A stretch of DNA of 64,000 nucleotides from Felis catus. Taxonomy: Eukaryota. Within the stretch, counting starts at the first letter, position 1, and the number at the start of each line of letters is the position of its first letter. A program made the translations under genes and the position numbers. The notes below the pieces were generated by a model. The model worked only from the letters and a program-made list of their open reading frames with translations, did no database searches and was not told the origin of the DNA. The stretch is taken from the NCBI RefSeq assembly GCF_018350175.1, contig NC_058368.1, positions 179,864,001 to 179,928,000 on the forward strand. Direction: 5' to 3'. Of the stretch, positions 60,671-64,000 are shown piece by piece.

Positions 60671-61714
60671 TTGGGTTCTCCCACCCATCCACAGCTGACT
60701 TTACAGATCACAGACTCAGCCCCTCCACACCAGCACTCAGAGAGTGACTTTCTGCTTACTTCCTCTCACTCCTTGAGCAGCCTCCAGGATAGGTTTGGGA
60801 ATAGGAAAGAGAACAGAGGCCCGATGTGTCTTGCCTCATACAGCCAGGTCTGTTTGCCGAGGTGACTTTCATTCCCTAAGAGGTGACGTCATACTTGCTG
60901 TCCCCCTTTGTCCTCTTCCCCAGACTGTGTCTTTTCATTTTCTTAGCTCTGACCCATAGCACCTAACTCCATGGGTGCACTGTAGTCACCTTATTAATGA
61001 GGACCTTTCTTTGAAACGTAAGCCCTAGGACAGTTTTCACAGAGTAGGAAAGACAGCCAGGGAATTTGCTTTAGTAGCAAATTCCACTCACCTTCCATCT
61101 TGAGTGATCTCAGCCTCTCCTCTTCTGGCTGTTTCCTGCATGGCTCTGCACCCGAGGTAAGCTCGCTGTTCCCCAGCTTCCTTTGGAAGGTGGAAGGCTG
61201 CCTTGACTTGTCCTGAGTGTGTACAGAGATCAGTGGTCACCATCCTGCTCTCAGCCCCAGAGCCTGTGTTGGGTTGAGGCCACTCCCCTGTCTAAACCCT
61301 GCTGTCATACCAATAGTCCCACCAGCTGCCTCCAGGCCTCCTCCTTGTCCTTCTTCTTTGTGGCGCCTCCTGCTGGCTTCCCTGCACACAGTCCAAAGTT
61401 CCAGCCAGCTTCCTAGGGCATATGCAGAGAGCTGTGGAGCTTTTAACTCTATGCCCATCTTGACCATCCATCCAAGGACAGCCTGGTCGATTCCATGAGG
61501 TCGGACCTCCCTGCAGGGCCCAGAGAACCTTTGAGGCACAGCAGGCTGAGTGGAACCCAAGTATTGCTTTCTTTGGTATTAAATTTGACTGGGAGTTGCT
61601 GCTTTACAGTTTGAGTTCCTCTGTAATATTCTCTGGGACAAGGAATTTGTGGGGATTTTCTCTTCTAGCCATAGTGTATGAATGCACACTTGAACAGTTA
61701 CAAGCACTCATAAT

Positions 61715-61960
61715 AATTGGTTTTTATTTAAAGTGCTTATTATCAGCCAGGTAACATATAGACAGCTCTAAAGTCATTAGCCATTTTATAATAATTCCCT
61801 GACCTAAGTATTTTCATTGTCCCCGTTTTGCAGATGAGAAAACTGAGGCCCAGACAGGGCAATAAACTACTCATACAAAGTCACATAGCTGGCAGGAGGC
61901 CAAGTCTGAACTCACACCAAGATCTTCCAGGCCCCCAAGCCATGCTTCCAGCACTGTGCT
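61715..61960 (-). mobile_element. MIR SINE (near full length)
   Basis: CCCCGTTTTGCAGATGAGAAAACTGAGGCCCAGA...AAGTCACATAGCTGG. Confidence 0.88.
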
Positions 61961-64000
61961 TCACTGTGTCCAGGAGTCTTGAGCATATGCAGGACCTCTG
62001 GGGTCAGGTGTGAGAGAAGGGGACTTGAGTTACCAGGCAGAGTGTGGCTCAGGCTATAGTTAATGAACAGTCTCAGAGAGGCAAGGGAGCTGTTTCAGAA
62101 GGAGTGGCCCTTCTGTCCCTCTGTGCCCCCACCTCCTGCTGTGGAGGTCCTTCCCTCTTTGGGACAAGCGAGTTTGTTGTCCTGGGCTGTAGTCCTAAGA
62201 CTAGTAGCAGCAAGCACACATTCAACGCCGATTACTCTCATCTGTGCAGTTCACTGGGTTCTCCCGCCACGCACCCCTTGTCCACTGCCTTTCATGCTAA
62301 ATGGCCAGAAGCAGGTCTGGGATTAAGCATTAGTGTTAACTTCAAGCTTGGTGTAAACCTATTGAACTGCATCCATTTTTACATAAATAAGCAAGAAAAC
62401 AGCATCTATCCTGCTTTAGTCGATACCAGGACACCCACAGGTGTGAGTTATTAGCAATAACTGTAATTGTTTTGAATGGAACAATAAATAGTGCAGGGGG
62501 TCACGAGGAGAAATGTCGTTCTATAGTATTAACATAGCTTAATAGCTTTTGCCGCTATATGCTTCATCCAACACTGGGCTTTGAGAGGCTGGCCTTGCAA
62601 CTCAGGATATGAAGCTCTTGCTGAATTGCTTTCCTGCTTGGGGAGAAGATAATTTTGAGCCTTTCTGAAGCCGCATTGATTTTATCAGCAGATGGCCTCA
62701 GGATAGCATCTCACCTTCATCCCTGAGGTTTCACTTATTTAATGGGGTTCTGAAAAGTTACAAGAAAGAACAGGCATATACAAGCCCCATTTTCTTGAGC
62801 CTCAGCTCTGCATTCCAGACCCCAGCCACAAGGCAGCTACAGCCCAAGGCATATGTTATCCCTCCCCTACCCTGCTCCTGGGAGCTCATGTTTCTTCAGT
62901 GAAATAGAATGGACGGCAGAAGAGGGACCTCAGTGGCATATTCCCCAGTGGAGGAAGGAGGGGTTGCTCAGTCCACAAACATTAGTCTTGGGGTCAGGCA
63001 CACGTAGGGTACCCAGAGGAGTGTTCTTCATGGCCAACCTGAGCATTTAAGGTTACAGGGGATAGAAATCAGGAAATGGCTTCACCTGCTCCCAGACTAC
63101 AGGGCCTTAGCCCTTTGGGCTGCCTCTCTGCTTCCCACCTTCCCCAACTGGACTTTTTAATCCACAGCTTTTAGACCCTTTGGCAGAAAGGAGAGTGATC
63201 ACAGAGCAAATTATCACACAGATAATCTAAACTTTCCATGCCTTTCTAACATCTCCTTAGCTTGATGCTAAAAGTGTCTCCTGGGGGGGAAAAAAAGTGT
63301 CTCCTTTTGCACCCAGAGTTTCATTATCTGTATTCTCCTAGTCTCTGAGTTCCAGAATTTAGAAATGGCGGGGAGGAGGAGGAGAAGATGTTCTTGGAGA
63401 CATGTTCTTGTCAGCACACAGCCCTTTTCTAGATGGAATCCATTTTCCAAATCTGTTGTACCCTCTGAGACCATGTTTAAACTCTGTCCCGAAAAACCAA
63501 ATTATTTGTCTGCTTAGCCTCCCTCCCCAGGTAACTGCTCATTCCCATACTTCAGTTTAGCTCACTAAACCCTTTTCAGTTAAAGGCTTTATCTGTGGCT
63601 CTTTAGCATGCAAGCCTTTTCTAGTGACATTACTCCTCAAGCACAGTACTCCACCAAGAGGCAGAGATAGAAGGGTAGGGGCAACAGCGGGAGAGCTCTT
63701 TATAATTTAAAGGGACAAACTAGACTTGGGTGGGGGGAAATCCCTATATCTTGAGATTTATTCTCGATCATCCATGAGCCATATGCAATAGCATGAAATC
63801 ATTTTCACTTACTTTTAATCCATTCAACAAAAATGTTTTTCAGCTGTATGTCAGGGCTTTTGCTCAGCAAAAGTTTCTGACCACACGAAACTAATAATTT
63901 ACACAGAAGCCAGCAGAAACGACCATGTTTCCATATAAACTGGACCTTCAGTCAGCACATAGATTAGCAAACGAGCAATCTGTCTAGGTCAAAACTCACT

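Noticed and set aside
60170..60865. Ser/Leu-rich ORFs, and a CT tract resembling a CanSINE body
   Set aside because: The ORFs derive from (TC)n, and there is no tRNA-like head, A tail or TSD to support a SINE call.
1..64000. CRISPR arrays, operons, ERV coding regions, NUMTs, snoRNA/miRNA genes
   Set aside because: No regularly spaced repeat-spacer array, gag/pol/env or mitochondrial similarity, or recognisable structured RNA was seen. A covariance-model search (Infernal/Rfam) would be needed to exclude small RNAs fully.

Overview
This is 64 kb of non-coding carnivore DNA, almost certainly felid, judging by 18 tRNA-derived CanSINEs of the SINEC_Fc type. It is either intergenic or the inside of a large intron. 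I found no host exon, RNA gene, processed pseudogene, NUMT or CpG island. The only real protein homology in the ORF track is a dead L1 ORF2 C-terminal remnant (5317-5721). The rest is layered repeat history: young to old CanSINEs (many with target-site duplications, TSDs), one carnivore L1 3' end carrying nested SINEs, old L1M fragments, L2, many MIR fragments, hAT-Charlie DNA transposon fossils, MLT1 LTRs and microsatellites. Between the repeats are repeat-free blocks dense in homeodomain, FOX, SOX and T-box motifs, plus a cluster of four E-boxes; these look like the enhancer landscape of a developmental gene, but that is inference. Repeat family names come from recalled consensus similarity, not a RepeatMasker run, and boundaries of old repeats are approximate. 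I cannot support a claim of a new biological system here; the best leads are regulatory and structural.
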